This document shows, in pieces, positions 56,495-64,000 of a stretch of 64,000 bases of DNA. The DNA is from an uncultured virus (IMG/VR IMGVR_UViG_3300022924_000206) (Duplodnaviria > Heunggongvirae > Uroviricota > Caudoviricetes): the IMG/VR virus record IMGVR_UViG_3300022924_000206. One strand, 5' to 3'. The translations under genes were made by a program, and so were the position numbers. The notes beneath the pieces were generated by a model. It made no database searches. It worked only from the letters and a program-made list of their open reading frames with translations, and had not been told where the DNA came from. Each line of letters begins with the position of its first letter. Positions within the stretch are counted from its first letter, which is position 1.

Positions 56495-57271
56495 ATGGGG
56501 ATCTCGAGTTACGAATACCCTCCAAAGTATGAAAAAGCGGTGAAGTCTACCGATGCTGTTACCTTCACAAAAACCTGGTATATGAGAAACCCTCTTCCGA
56601 TTTGGGAGCATAGGATCATCCTGGGCGGTTTGGATTTTTCCGATGCGAAAATCTTCGGTGAAAAGCTTCACAATACTCTAGCAAAAATTCTCGTTGATCG
56701 TTCAAAAGCACACTATGAAGAGGTTTTGACTGCCGTCCTTAGCGATCTGAATAGCCTAATTCCTCATAAAAAGTTCATCATCCCCAATGCCTCGACCCAT
56801 GAGCTCAGTTCAACTTTGGACTATGTGAATAAGGATCCGCTTTACATCAAAAATCTCATAGATTACTCATTTACGAACTCTAAACAAATCGAGTTTGCCT
56901 ATCGTTCTTTGCGAAGAGGTTCGGACGGAAGCGAAAACGAAGAGTTACACATGCGGCGCGTGATAGTCACCTCCTATGATCCAAAAGGCTTTCAGGCAAA
57001 GCACTCTCGTGGAAGTCGAAGGTTCAATAATTCTTCTGTAGCTTGGGCGGCTATGGATAACGGTCGCTATGTTAGTTTTAGACACAGTGAACCGCTAGCT
57101 GAACCATTAATAGTGCTTTCAATAGAAAATGCGGATTCCGTTAATAAGCTAGTGACCACCGTAGGCTATGTGGGGGATAATGGTGCCCTTGTGATGAAAT
57201 CACCGATACCAGAAGAGCATGACTTTTTCGCCCTGGAAGCAAGTCGTTTTATGATTGCGAGTGACCGATGA
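56495..57271 (+). CDS. Divergent WYL-like domain protein
   Basis: IEFAY...HMRRVIV...FQAKHSRGSRRFNNSSV...EPLI. Confidence 0.55.
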   Translation: MGISSYEYPPKYEKAVKSTDAVTFTKTWYMRNPLPIWEHRIILGGLDFSDAKIFGEKLHNTLAKILVDRSKAHYEEVLTAVLSDLNSLIPHKKFIIPNASTHELSSTLDYVNKDPLYIKNLIDYSFTNSKQIEFAYRSLRRGSDGSENEELHMRRVIVTSYDPKGFQAKHSRGSRRFNNSSVAWAAMDNGRYVSFRHSEPLAEPLIVLSIENADSVNKLVTTVGYVGDNGALVMKSPIPEEHDFFALEASRFMIASDR

Positions 57272-58068
57272 GCCGCAAGAAAAAAGAATCGTTCATAGCT
57301 AAGAGAACGAGAGCTAAATACACCTACAGAGAACGGGTGATTAGCGATAACGAGCTCACTACCCTTGCTCCCGTTAGACTAGATGAATACAGTGAAGACT
57401 TCCAAACCATCTCTTTGAGCGGTTTTATGGACAGGCCGGAGGCGGCACTATTAGGAGAACACACGTTACTACTAAACGGAATTTCGTTAGAGCAGGCTAA
57501 ACGTTTTGGCTACTCTCTTGGCCGAGCTATCGTGAATGCTCCGGCTGATCGAAACTATACATATAACTTTGAAAAGATTTTGGAAGAAGCTCTATATCCC
57601 CTAAGTGGCCGCGAGTGGTTCCCCTCCATCGAGGGGAATTATTACCTATGCTATGAGCAATTCCCGTTCTACAGTGGAAAGAAAAACATCAGAAATGCTG
57701 TGGAAGATGCGTTTGACGAGGGAATCGTCCTTGAATTTGGTTACAAAGCTAGTCGTAATGGAGTCATCGTTCCTCATGTTCGTAGAGTGAATGTGGTTGC
57801 CATCACAGAAGATGGTTTTATGGGTTCCCATGGCCGCGGAGTGAGACGATTCAAATTTTCTAAAGTTCTCTTTGCGGCGACCGCGAGCGAATTTGCCCCG
57901 TCAGCAACCTATGAGCCTCAAGTAAAGGTGACTTTTACCTTGACCGACAATGAGCTAGTGGTTCGAACTCAAGTCGGCTGGCAGGGGAGTAAAGGCGGCT
58001 TCGCTAAGGATGAGATCCCCGATAGCTGGGGTAGTCTAGCAAAAAGATTAATAAGTAAGTTCAGATAA
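57268..58068 (+). CDS. Divergent WYL-like domain protein
   Basis: LEFGY...HVRRVNV...FMGSHGRGVRRFKFSKV...EPQV. Confidence 0.55.
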   Translation: MSRKKKESFIAKRTRAKYTYRERVISDNELTTLAPVRLDEYSEDFQTISLSGFMDRPEAALLGEHTLLLNGISLEQAKRFGYSLGRAIVNAPADRNYTYNFEKILEEALYPLSGREWFPSIEGNYYLCYEQFPFYSGKKNIRNAVEDAFDEGIVLEFGYKASRNGVIVPHVRRVNVVAITEDGFMGSHGRGVRRFKFSKVLFAATASEFAPSATYEPQVKVTFTLTDNELVVRTQVGWQGSKGGFAKDEIPDSWGSLAKRLISKFR

Positions 58069-58129
58069 TCATCTGATTCGGGTAAAATCCTCCTCATTCA
58101 TCGCTTCACAAGAAGGCACAAGGTTCATC

Positions 58130-59533
58130 ATGAGATCCCAAGACATACGGGAAGCTTTCCTCAAGCATCAGCAAAACCAGGGCCATGTTGAAATAGCTCG
58201 AGCTAACCTGGTACCGAATAAGGATGAGAGCACTCTTTTTACCGGAAGTGGAATGCAAGCTATTCTTCCTTACCTTCTAGGGGAAAGCCATCCCGATGGA
58301 GAACGTCTGAGCAACAGTCAACCGTGTCTGCGCTCTCAAGATATTGAAGAGGTCGGGGATAATCGCCACACCACATTCTTTGAAATGCTCGGTAATTGGA
58401 GCCTAGGTGATTATTTCAAGGAGCAGCAAATTCGCTCGTTTTTCACATTTCTTGTTGACGATGTAGGAATTGACCCTACGAAAATCTATGTAACCTGTTT
58501 CATGGGAGATGAAGAGCACGGTTTACCGCGTGATACTGAAGCCGCTGAAATCTGGCAAAGAGTATTCACCGAGTATGGTATTCAAGCTGACGTGGCTACA
58601 ATCGGAAGCCAAGCGAATGGGAATTCTCGTGGAATCAATCCCGGGGAGCGTATTTTCTTCTATGATTCGGATGAGAACTGGTGGAGTCGTGGAGGAAGTC
58701 TCTTGGGAACGCCGTTCGGAGATCCTTGTGGACCAGATAGCGAAGTGTTCTACGATTTCGGTCCAGATAGCCATGATGAAACCTACGGTAAAGCTCATCC
58801 GGCGAGCGATAGCGGCCAATTCATGGAAATAGGTAATCAAGTTTTCATGCAGTATCGCCGGGAGCTCGATGGCACATTTTCTCAATTGGAGAAAAGAAAT
58901 GTCGACTTCGGTGGAGGACTAGAACGGATTACCGCGGCTTCGCTAAACAATCCCGATGTTTACGTTGGCAGTTTACTCTGGCCAATAGTTGAGCTCCTGA
59001 GTGATCTTTCAAACAGCCCGTACGAGTCACATCGAACATCGTTGCGGATTATCGCGGATCACCTTAGAGGCGCCGTTTTCCTCACGGCTGACGGAGTAGT
59101 TCCCAGTAATAAAGAGCAAGGCTATGTCCTTCGAAGACTCCTAAGGCGATCAATAACGACCGCGAGAGCTATGGGCTTCACCGATTCATTCTTTGAACCG
59201 GTGGTAAAACTCATCTCTGATCTTTACGAGAGCGATTATCCTGAAATTAGATTGAACCGAGAGAAGATTCTTGGGATCTTAACAAAAGAGGAAACCGTAT
59301 TCCGTCGGACTCTTGACGCTGGTATAAGAGTTCTAGAGAGACATGACGGAGTGCTCACCGGTAAGGACATCTTCAAACTAAGCGATACTAAAGGTTTTCC
59401 GAAGGAGCTCAGTATAGAGGAGGCTCACAGGTTAGGGCTATCAATTGATCCGCAATGGGAAATCGTCTATGCTGCTGAGCTCGATGAACAAAAGTCTCGC
59501 TCTCGCGCTAAGCAAAGGTCCGCTCAGCAATAA
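58130..59533 (+). CDS. alaS: Alanyl-tRNA synthetase, aminoacylation module only (no editing or C-Ala domains)
   Basis: LFTGSGMQ, QPCLR, HTTFFEMLGNWS.GDYFK, GPDSEVF, EIGNQVFMQY, DFGGGLER, ADHLR, GYVLRRLLRR, DTKGFP; ends at 467 aa. Confidence 0.88.
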   Translation: MRSQDIREAFLKHQQNQGHVEIARANLVPNKDESTLFTGSGMQAILPYLLGESHPDGERLSNSQPCLRSQDIEEVGDNRHTTFFEMLGNWSLGDYFKEQQIRSFFTFLVDDVGIDPTKIYVTCFMGDEEHGLPRDTEAAEIWQRVFTEYGIQADVATIGSQANGNSRGINPGERIFFYDSDENWWSRGGSLLGTPFGDPCGPDSEVFYDFGPDSHDETYGKAHPASDSGQFMEIGNQVFMQYRRELDGTFSQLEKRNVDFGGGLERITAASLNNPDVYVGSLLWPIVELLSDLSNSPYESHRTSLRIIADHLRGAVFLTADGVVPSNKEQGYVLRRLLRRSITTARAMGFTDSFFEPVVKLISDLYESDYPEIRLNREKILGILTKEETVFRRTLDAGIRVLERHDGVLTGKDIFKLSDTKGFPKELSIEEAHRLGLSIDPQWEIVYAAELDEQKSRSRAKQRSAQQ

Positions 59534-59757
59534 CTATTGCTAGAGAAAAACTCAATAGAGTTATGGGTTTCTAGTGGAAGCTATAACCTAAACCACAGGT
59601 TAGTTATAGTTTCAGTAATTCGTCAAAATATTTGAGTAAAGTGGTTGCGCTTTGCTAAAACGCCATGTATGGTCATTTATAGGTTGATTTGCCCTTGCGG
59701 GAGCTATCGCAAGAGCCCACCTGAAACTTTCATAAAAGCTGACTAGGAGCAATAAAA

Positions 59758-60126
59758 ATGGCTGAAATCCTTACTCTCGATGACTTCGAACAGGAACTCG
59801 AAGGAATGCTCCACCCCCGTCCGAAGTGGGCGAAGCTCGAGGAGCTCGCTGAGAGCCTCGGCGAGGCAAGCCAGGTGGATGCCCTCCGTGAGGCCCTTGA
59901 GTTCGGTGCCGAGGATGACGAGGACCCGGTTGACGAGTTCTTCAGCGAGTTTGTCGGCATCGTGAGCGACAACGGCTTCCTGCTTGTTCCGGTCGGCCAG
60001 GACTCCTATGAGATCACCGAGCTCTCCGGCCGCTTCGTGGGCACCGTGCTCCCCGAGTTCAGCTCCGACTTCCAGCAGGTCACCCTCGATGGAGTCACTT
60101 ACGCCATCGTGACGGACATTCGCTAA
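59758..60126 (+). CDS. Acidic hypothetical protein
   Basis: AGGAG RBS; strongly biased codon usage. Confidence 0.65.
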   Translation: MAEILTLDDFEQELEGMLHPRPKWAKLEELAESLGEASQVDALREALEFGAEDDEDPVDEFFSEFVGIVSDNGFLLVPVGQDSYEITELSGRFVGTVLPEFSSDFQQVTLDGVTYAIVTDIR

Positions 60127-60133
60127 CCGTAAA

Positions 60134-60904
60134 GTGGTCACCCTAAAGCGCTTTGGCCCCGTTCAAGCGCTCGCTAGCTTCTCAGCAATTCTAGGAGCCG
60201 GTTTTCCTCTCCATAAGCCCCTATTTCGCGGGCACAATGAGAAAATCATTTGGGAGGATTTCGAGAGCGCTTACGAGGGATTCACCTCCCACAGTAAGCC
60301 CTGGACTCATGAGGCTATCCTCTTCGGTGCCTCGGAGGCTCAGAGCGAAGAGTTCTTCAAAAAGTTTCGCTCATGCATGCTCCATGGGCCTGAGACTAAA
60401 CATGACTCCTATCAAGAGGCATTCACCATTCTCCTTGGTGAATTAGCGGAAGAGTTGTTTCCTGAGCGTGAGTTTCACTCGCCAGCGTTTCGCACCCATG
60501 AGCTGTATCCTAAGAATAGGAATGCGGAAATTCCTGAGAAGATCAGAGAAGCCGTAGTTTTCGCTTTGAAATACGGTGCGCCGTTGATCTTCAAATACGA
60601 ATCGGTTAGATTCGCCCGCAATGGTCGCCAGGAGAAGCAGGTCCACGTTCATAGGATGAATGTGCGCTCAGTATCGGACACATGGTTTAGAGCTGAACAT
60701 ACTCATGGGATCAAGAGTTTTAGTTTTTCTAAGGTCATTTCGGCTGGAGTCGAAGGAACGTCTCCTCAGGTAGTAGGTGAAGAACCCGTGGTGAGCATTG
60801 TAATCACGACTAACTCCATGGCCAATAGCTTCAAGCTTCGCCGACGAGGCAAAGGCTCTAGTTTCATAAAGTTTGCTCCAGAAAAAGGTAAGCAATTTTC
60901 TTGA
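60134..60904 (+). CDS. Divergent WYL-like domain protein
   Basis: PLIFKY...HVHRMNV...FRAEHTHGIKSFSFSKV...EPVV. Confidence 0.55.
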   Translation: MVTLKRFGPVQALASFSAILGAGFPLHKPLFRGHNEKIIWEDFESAYEGFTSHSKPWTHEAILFGASEAQSEEFFKKFRSCMLHGPETKHDSYQEAFTILLGELAEELFPEREFHSPAFRTHELYPKNRNAEIPEKIREAVVFALKYGAPLIFKYESVRFARNGRQEKQVHVHRMNVRSVSDTWFRAEHTHGIKSFSFSKVISAGVEGTSPQVVGEEPVVSIVITTNSMANSFKLRRRGKGSSFIKFAPEKGKQFS

Positions 60905-60946
60905 GGTAACCGATAGGATCCATGACCTCTTCCATATTTAGGAGCC

Positions 60947-61597
60947 ATAATCTCTTCCTCACTGTATTTCGCCTACGGTTCCTGTATGAACCTCGAAGAT
61001 CTCCATCGAACAACTCCGGAGGCTGAAGCCTACGCCGTGGGAAAGCTAAAAGGCTACACGGTGGATTTCTCATTGAATTCCTACCAGCGCAACGGTGGTG
61101 TAGCGGATCTTGTTGCATATGAGCCCGCCACCATTTACGGCGTACTCTGGAAAGTACCTAATTTCAAGAGTCTAGATAAACGGGAATGCGCTCCTTTAGT
61201 CTACGAGCGCATTTCCATAGCTGTTGAACTTGAAACCGGGGAAATGGTCGATGCTCAAACCTACGTGGTGCGACATAAAGAGAATCCGGTGAAACCGGCA
61301 GATGACTACATAAGCCTTTTCGATAAGCCCGCCTTGGCGGTGCCGAATGATTATCTAGATGAACTTAGAGCCTACGCAAGCTCTCTCCCGTGGGAGCGTA
61401 AAGTCTCCCCGGATTGGCGCGTAGAGACTGAACTCCCGGGGGAAAGAAAACCGACCACGAGAACGTTTTACAATCCTTGGGAGGCCGTTGCGGTGTTCCG
61501 TAACTCATTCGTCCTTGGCGGCTCTAGCAAGCTTTACCATCAATCATCTAGAACATTAGAGTGGGATTCTATAGAGGACCTAGATAAGCTAGGATAG
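60947..61597 (+). CDS. Gamma-glutamylcyclotransferase (AIG2-like) family protein; non-canonical start or frameshift
   Basis: In-frame LYFAYGSCMN lies upstream of the first ATG (60986); IYGVLW, LDKREC..Y. Confidence 0.7.
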   Translation: MISSSLYFAYGSCMNLEDLHRTTPEAEAYAVGKLKGYTVDFSLNSYQRNGGVADLVAYEPATIYGVLWKVPNFKSLDKRECAPLVYERISIAVELETGEMVDAQTYVVRHKENPVKPADDYISLFDKPALAVPNDYLDELRAYASSLPWERKVSPDWRVETELPGERKPTTRTFYNPWEAVAVFRNSFVLGGSSKLYHQSSRTLEWDSIEDLDKLG

Positions 61598-61635
61598 ATC
61601 GTGGCTATGACGGTGGTCTACCCCGGACGGCTCGT

Positions 61636-61721
61636 CACTGGACGCCGTCTCCGCGAGTTTCTAGGTGGTTCGCAGCGTGTGTATGTAAGTTCTAACTGAG
61701 CCAGTAGAACGCAAGCCAGCG
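61636..61721. repeat. ~87-bp inverted-arm intergenic element, copy 6
   Basis: CACTGGACGCCGTCTCCGCGAGTTT ... AGTAGAACGCAAGCCAGCG. Confidence 0.6.
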
Positions 61722-61793
61722 CCGATGTTGACAGTGAATACATAGGTGTGTATTATTGACCTAAGTTAAGTCAAACTTAGGAATCGGAACATA

Positions 61794-62327
61794 ATGGTTT
61801 TTTGGATTGTAACGGCACTGGTCATACTCGGTACCGGTTATTGGATTGTTGCAACTATCCTAGATGAGTGGGCAGAAACCATCATCGGAGCTATTTTCAC
61901 TGTTCTTGGCCAGCTCGTTGTGGGATTCATCGTTTGGATCCTTTTAGCGGGAGCCCTCCTAAGTGGAATCGTTTATGCGACCTCGAAGGATGAGTTTGTT
62001 GAGACAACCTCCGAAAACCTCATTGCTCTTCAGACTCGCGATTCCATCGAAGGCAGAACAGCTGGGATCTTCGCTTCAACCGGCTACGTCGAGGGCGTCC
62101 GCGTTATCTCCTACGTCACTAAGGACTCCGATGGTGGAATTCGTACCGGTTATGTTCCCGCCAAGGATTCGGTGATCTACGAGGGTGATTCAACACCGAC
62201 TCTTGAAACTCATCACTGGAAGCGTGAAAACGGGTGGATTGCCCCTTGGGCAGCTTCAAGGGCTGAAACCTACACGATTAACGTTCCCGAGGGAAGTGTC
62301 GTGGAGTCGTTCGAGGTTGCTCCGTAA
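61794..62327 (+). CDS. Phage-like membrane protein
   Basis: Two N-terminal TM helices; TTGACA-17-TATTAT promoter upstream. Confidence 0.65.
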   Translation: MVFWIVTALVILGTGYWIVATILDEWAETIIGAIFTVLGQLVVGFIVWILLAGALLSGIVYATSKDEFVETTSENLIALQTRDSIEGRTAGIFASTGYVEGVRVISYVTKDSDGGIRTGYVPAKDSVIYEGDSTPTLETHHWKRENGWIAPWAASRAETYTINVPEGSVVESFEVAP

Positions 62328-62331
62328 AACA

Positions 62332-62378
62332 AAACTAAGAAAGCCTGGGATGTAAGTTGTCCCAGGCTTTCTTAGTTT
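62332..62378. terminator. Bidirectional terminator
   Basis: AAACTAAGAAAGCCTGGGA...TCCCAGGCTTTCTTAGTTT. Confidence 0.8.
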
Positions 62379-62856
62379 AATCCTCTTTCAGGAAGTCCTC
62401 TAGCTTTTTCCAGGTTTCAAGCATGGTTCCTTCACCGAGTACATCCTCAGCTTTGACATTACCGTGGAGTATCTCCGGCCCGCGAGATAAAAAGGCTTGC
62501 ACCCAGATTGCGAAAAACTCAGAGGCTTGAAGAACCTTGCCGTCGATCTCTGGTTTCAGGCTAGCCCGTAAGGTACCGGTCACAAAACGGGAGGCTAGCA
62601 TATTGATTGCTTTAGGATTTAGTTTCCTTTTCGCCACGAATATCTCGGCCACCTCGAGTTGCATGGAATCACAGATGTTACAGCGATGGTACTTCAAGCT
62701 ATGGAGTAGTTCTCTTCCTAAAACCGACTGAACAAATGAAATGCCTTTTTGAATCAGTAAAACCTGATCCTCCGGAGACCGATCGAAACGATAGGGCTCA
62801 CCCTCTAAATATAGCTCCGTGAGGTCGTTCACGTCCATCCCGAAGATCTTTTCCAT
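62377..62856 (-). CDS. Hypothetical protein
   Basis: 159-aa ORF. Confidence 0.55.
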   Translation of the reverse strand: MEKIFGMDVNDLTELYLEGEPYRFDRSPEDQVLLIQKGISFVQSVLGRELLHSLKYHRCNICDSMQLEVAEIFVAKRKLNPKAINMLASRFVTGTLRASLKPEIDGKVLQASEFFAIWVQAFLSRGPEILHGNVKAEDVLGEGTMLETWKKLEDFLKED

Positions 62857-63100
62857 GAACCTATGGTACCAAAACTCATGGAGACAAGGCTAGCTTCTCT
62901 TTGTTTTATTGTGAGGAAACTCTTGTTCTTAAATTTTTAAAAGGGTTTCTTAACCCCTCCCCTTACCTTCACAAGTATTATGATCTATGCCAAGTACGGA
63001 TCTCCTTCTATGCCAAGTATAAATTGGTCATTTTCAGCCACACCCGTAAAAGACGAGAGGCCCGCAACCAAATCTGGTTGCGGGCCTCTCGCAAGGACTT

Positions 63101-63733
63101 TTAGCGGGTTGTCTTACTATAGAGCAGATTGTATTTGGCTAAGAACTGGTAGTGCTTCATAACACTAGGCATCTCATTCACATGCTCCCGAATGAGGTCA
63201 TCGGCGAGCACTAGGCGGGAGAACCATTCAACATTGTCAGAGAACTTCGAATAGTATTCGTGCTCTTTTTCACGTTTAGTCGGCTTGAAAATCCTATGAT
63301 CCTGAAACGCTGAAATGGCGTTCTTGGGGTTATAGATGTAACTAGCAACATCCACGAACCATGCGGAGCGGCGATCTTTCTCGGTGGTCAAATCGTAAAG
63401 GAATTGGGAGAATTCCTTATCCTCTGCCACGAAGGTATACACGTTGGAGAAATCAACTAGGAATTGGGAGCGCTGTAGGAGCTTCCTCAAGAGAGCCGGC
63501 TTACCTTCAGTATCGAGGATACCTTTCATCTTCCAAAGGATTTCGTCCCAGTAGTAGGCGTTTGGCCCCTCGAAAGCGTAGCGCTCATATTTCTTACGGA
63601 GGTCTTCATCCGGGATAGTCTCGCTACGTTTTAGCTCTACCGGACTAAGAGCTTGAGGAAGAATAGTTTCACGAAGAGCTTTAGTTATTCCTTCATCGTA
63701 ATCAAAATCCTCAGAAGTTACTTCATCACTCAT
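63101..63733 (-). CDS. Hypothetical protein
   Basis: GGAGG RBS before ATG 63733; overlaps the upstream gene. Confidence 0.6.
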   Translation of the reverse strand: MSDEVTSEDFDYDEGITKALRETILPQALSPVELKRSETIPDEDLRKKYERYAFEGPNAYYWDEILWKMKGILDTEGKPALLRKLLQRSQFLVDFSNVYTFVAEDKEFSQFLYDLTTEKDRRSAWFVDVASYIYNPKNAISAFQDHRIFKPTKREKEHEYYSKFSDNVEWFSRLVLADDLIREHVNEMPSVMKHYQFLAKYNLLYSKTTR

Positions 63734-63992
63734 AATTTTCTTCCTCCTCCGGCTGTTCAATAATTGGTCGAGGCCTAACAGTATGTCCGCTGACCCAATC
63801 CTCTATAACTTGGAATGCTTCCGGTTCCGCCTCTTTATTAACGGTAACCTTTGAATTGTTCGGATCTCCACTTGATAAGTGAAGAACATAATTTATAGAA
63901 GGGCCGAAAACTGTCTCGTATTCGAGTAAAGAGAACTTCACAACATACTCAAGGTTAACTGAATCCTGCTTAGTTCGCACTAAAGAACGCAC
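63726..63992 (-). CDS. Hypothetical protein (paralog of 40539-40883)
   Basis: MRSLV...VNLEYVVKF...AFQVIEDWVSGHTVRPR...EEENYE. Confidence 0.65.
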   Translation of the reverse strand: MRSLVRTKQDSVNLEYVVKFSLLEYETVFGPSINYVLHLSSGDPNNSKVTVNKEAEPEAFQVIEDWVSGHTVRPRPIIEQPEEEENYE

Positions 63993-64000
63993 TCGAAACC

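Noticed and set aside
14235..61721. Calling the 87-bp elements integron attC sites
   Set aside because: No RYYYAAC/GTTRRRY core ends, they do not follow every gene, and no integron integrase is in the window
62901..63162. Short + strand ORFs 62901-63104 and 62980-63162
   Set aside because: No RBS, atypical composition, and they lie between or overlap minus-strand genes
1..64000. tRNA/rRNA genes, transposases and virion structural genes
   Set aside because: None recognised by eye; tRNAscan-SE and profile searches would be needed to exclude divergent ones

Overview
This window looks like part of a very large extrachromosomal replicon (megaplasmid, jumbo phage or similar) whose host is probably an actinobacterium. 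The host evidence is an LAxTG sortase signal, leaderless-style promoters and an actinobacterial-type PheS-like ligase. No rRNA, tRNA, CRISPR-cas, capsid or terminase genes were recognised. The left ~20 kb is a core-like region. It contains an FtsK/SpoIIIE ATPase C-half that starts with a split-intein C-fragment and carries a second cis intein, an FN3 sortase-anchored surface protein, an NAD-dependent DNA ligase, a secreted EEP nuclease, a PilT-like ATPase and a replication-relaxation protein. Seven otherwise unrelated proteins here, including the ligase, share a ~45-aa N-terminal H-C-C-H module. At ~20-21.5 kb lies a probable replication origin with ~11 GTGT-G-ACAC repeats, where the + strand switches from C/A-rich to G/T-rich. 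The right ~43 kb is a dense, mostly + strand accessory region of small genes: eight divergent WYL-like proteins, a pilin, a second PilT/GspE ATPase, PheS-like and truncated AlaRS synthetases, Nfo, HNH, deaminase, GT4, GNAT and others. Non-coding signals include six ~87-bp inverted-arm elements, a structured leader shared by two genes with a common N-terminal peptide, and a leader-peptide attenuator. All family assignments come from motif recognition by eye and were not confirmed by database search.
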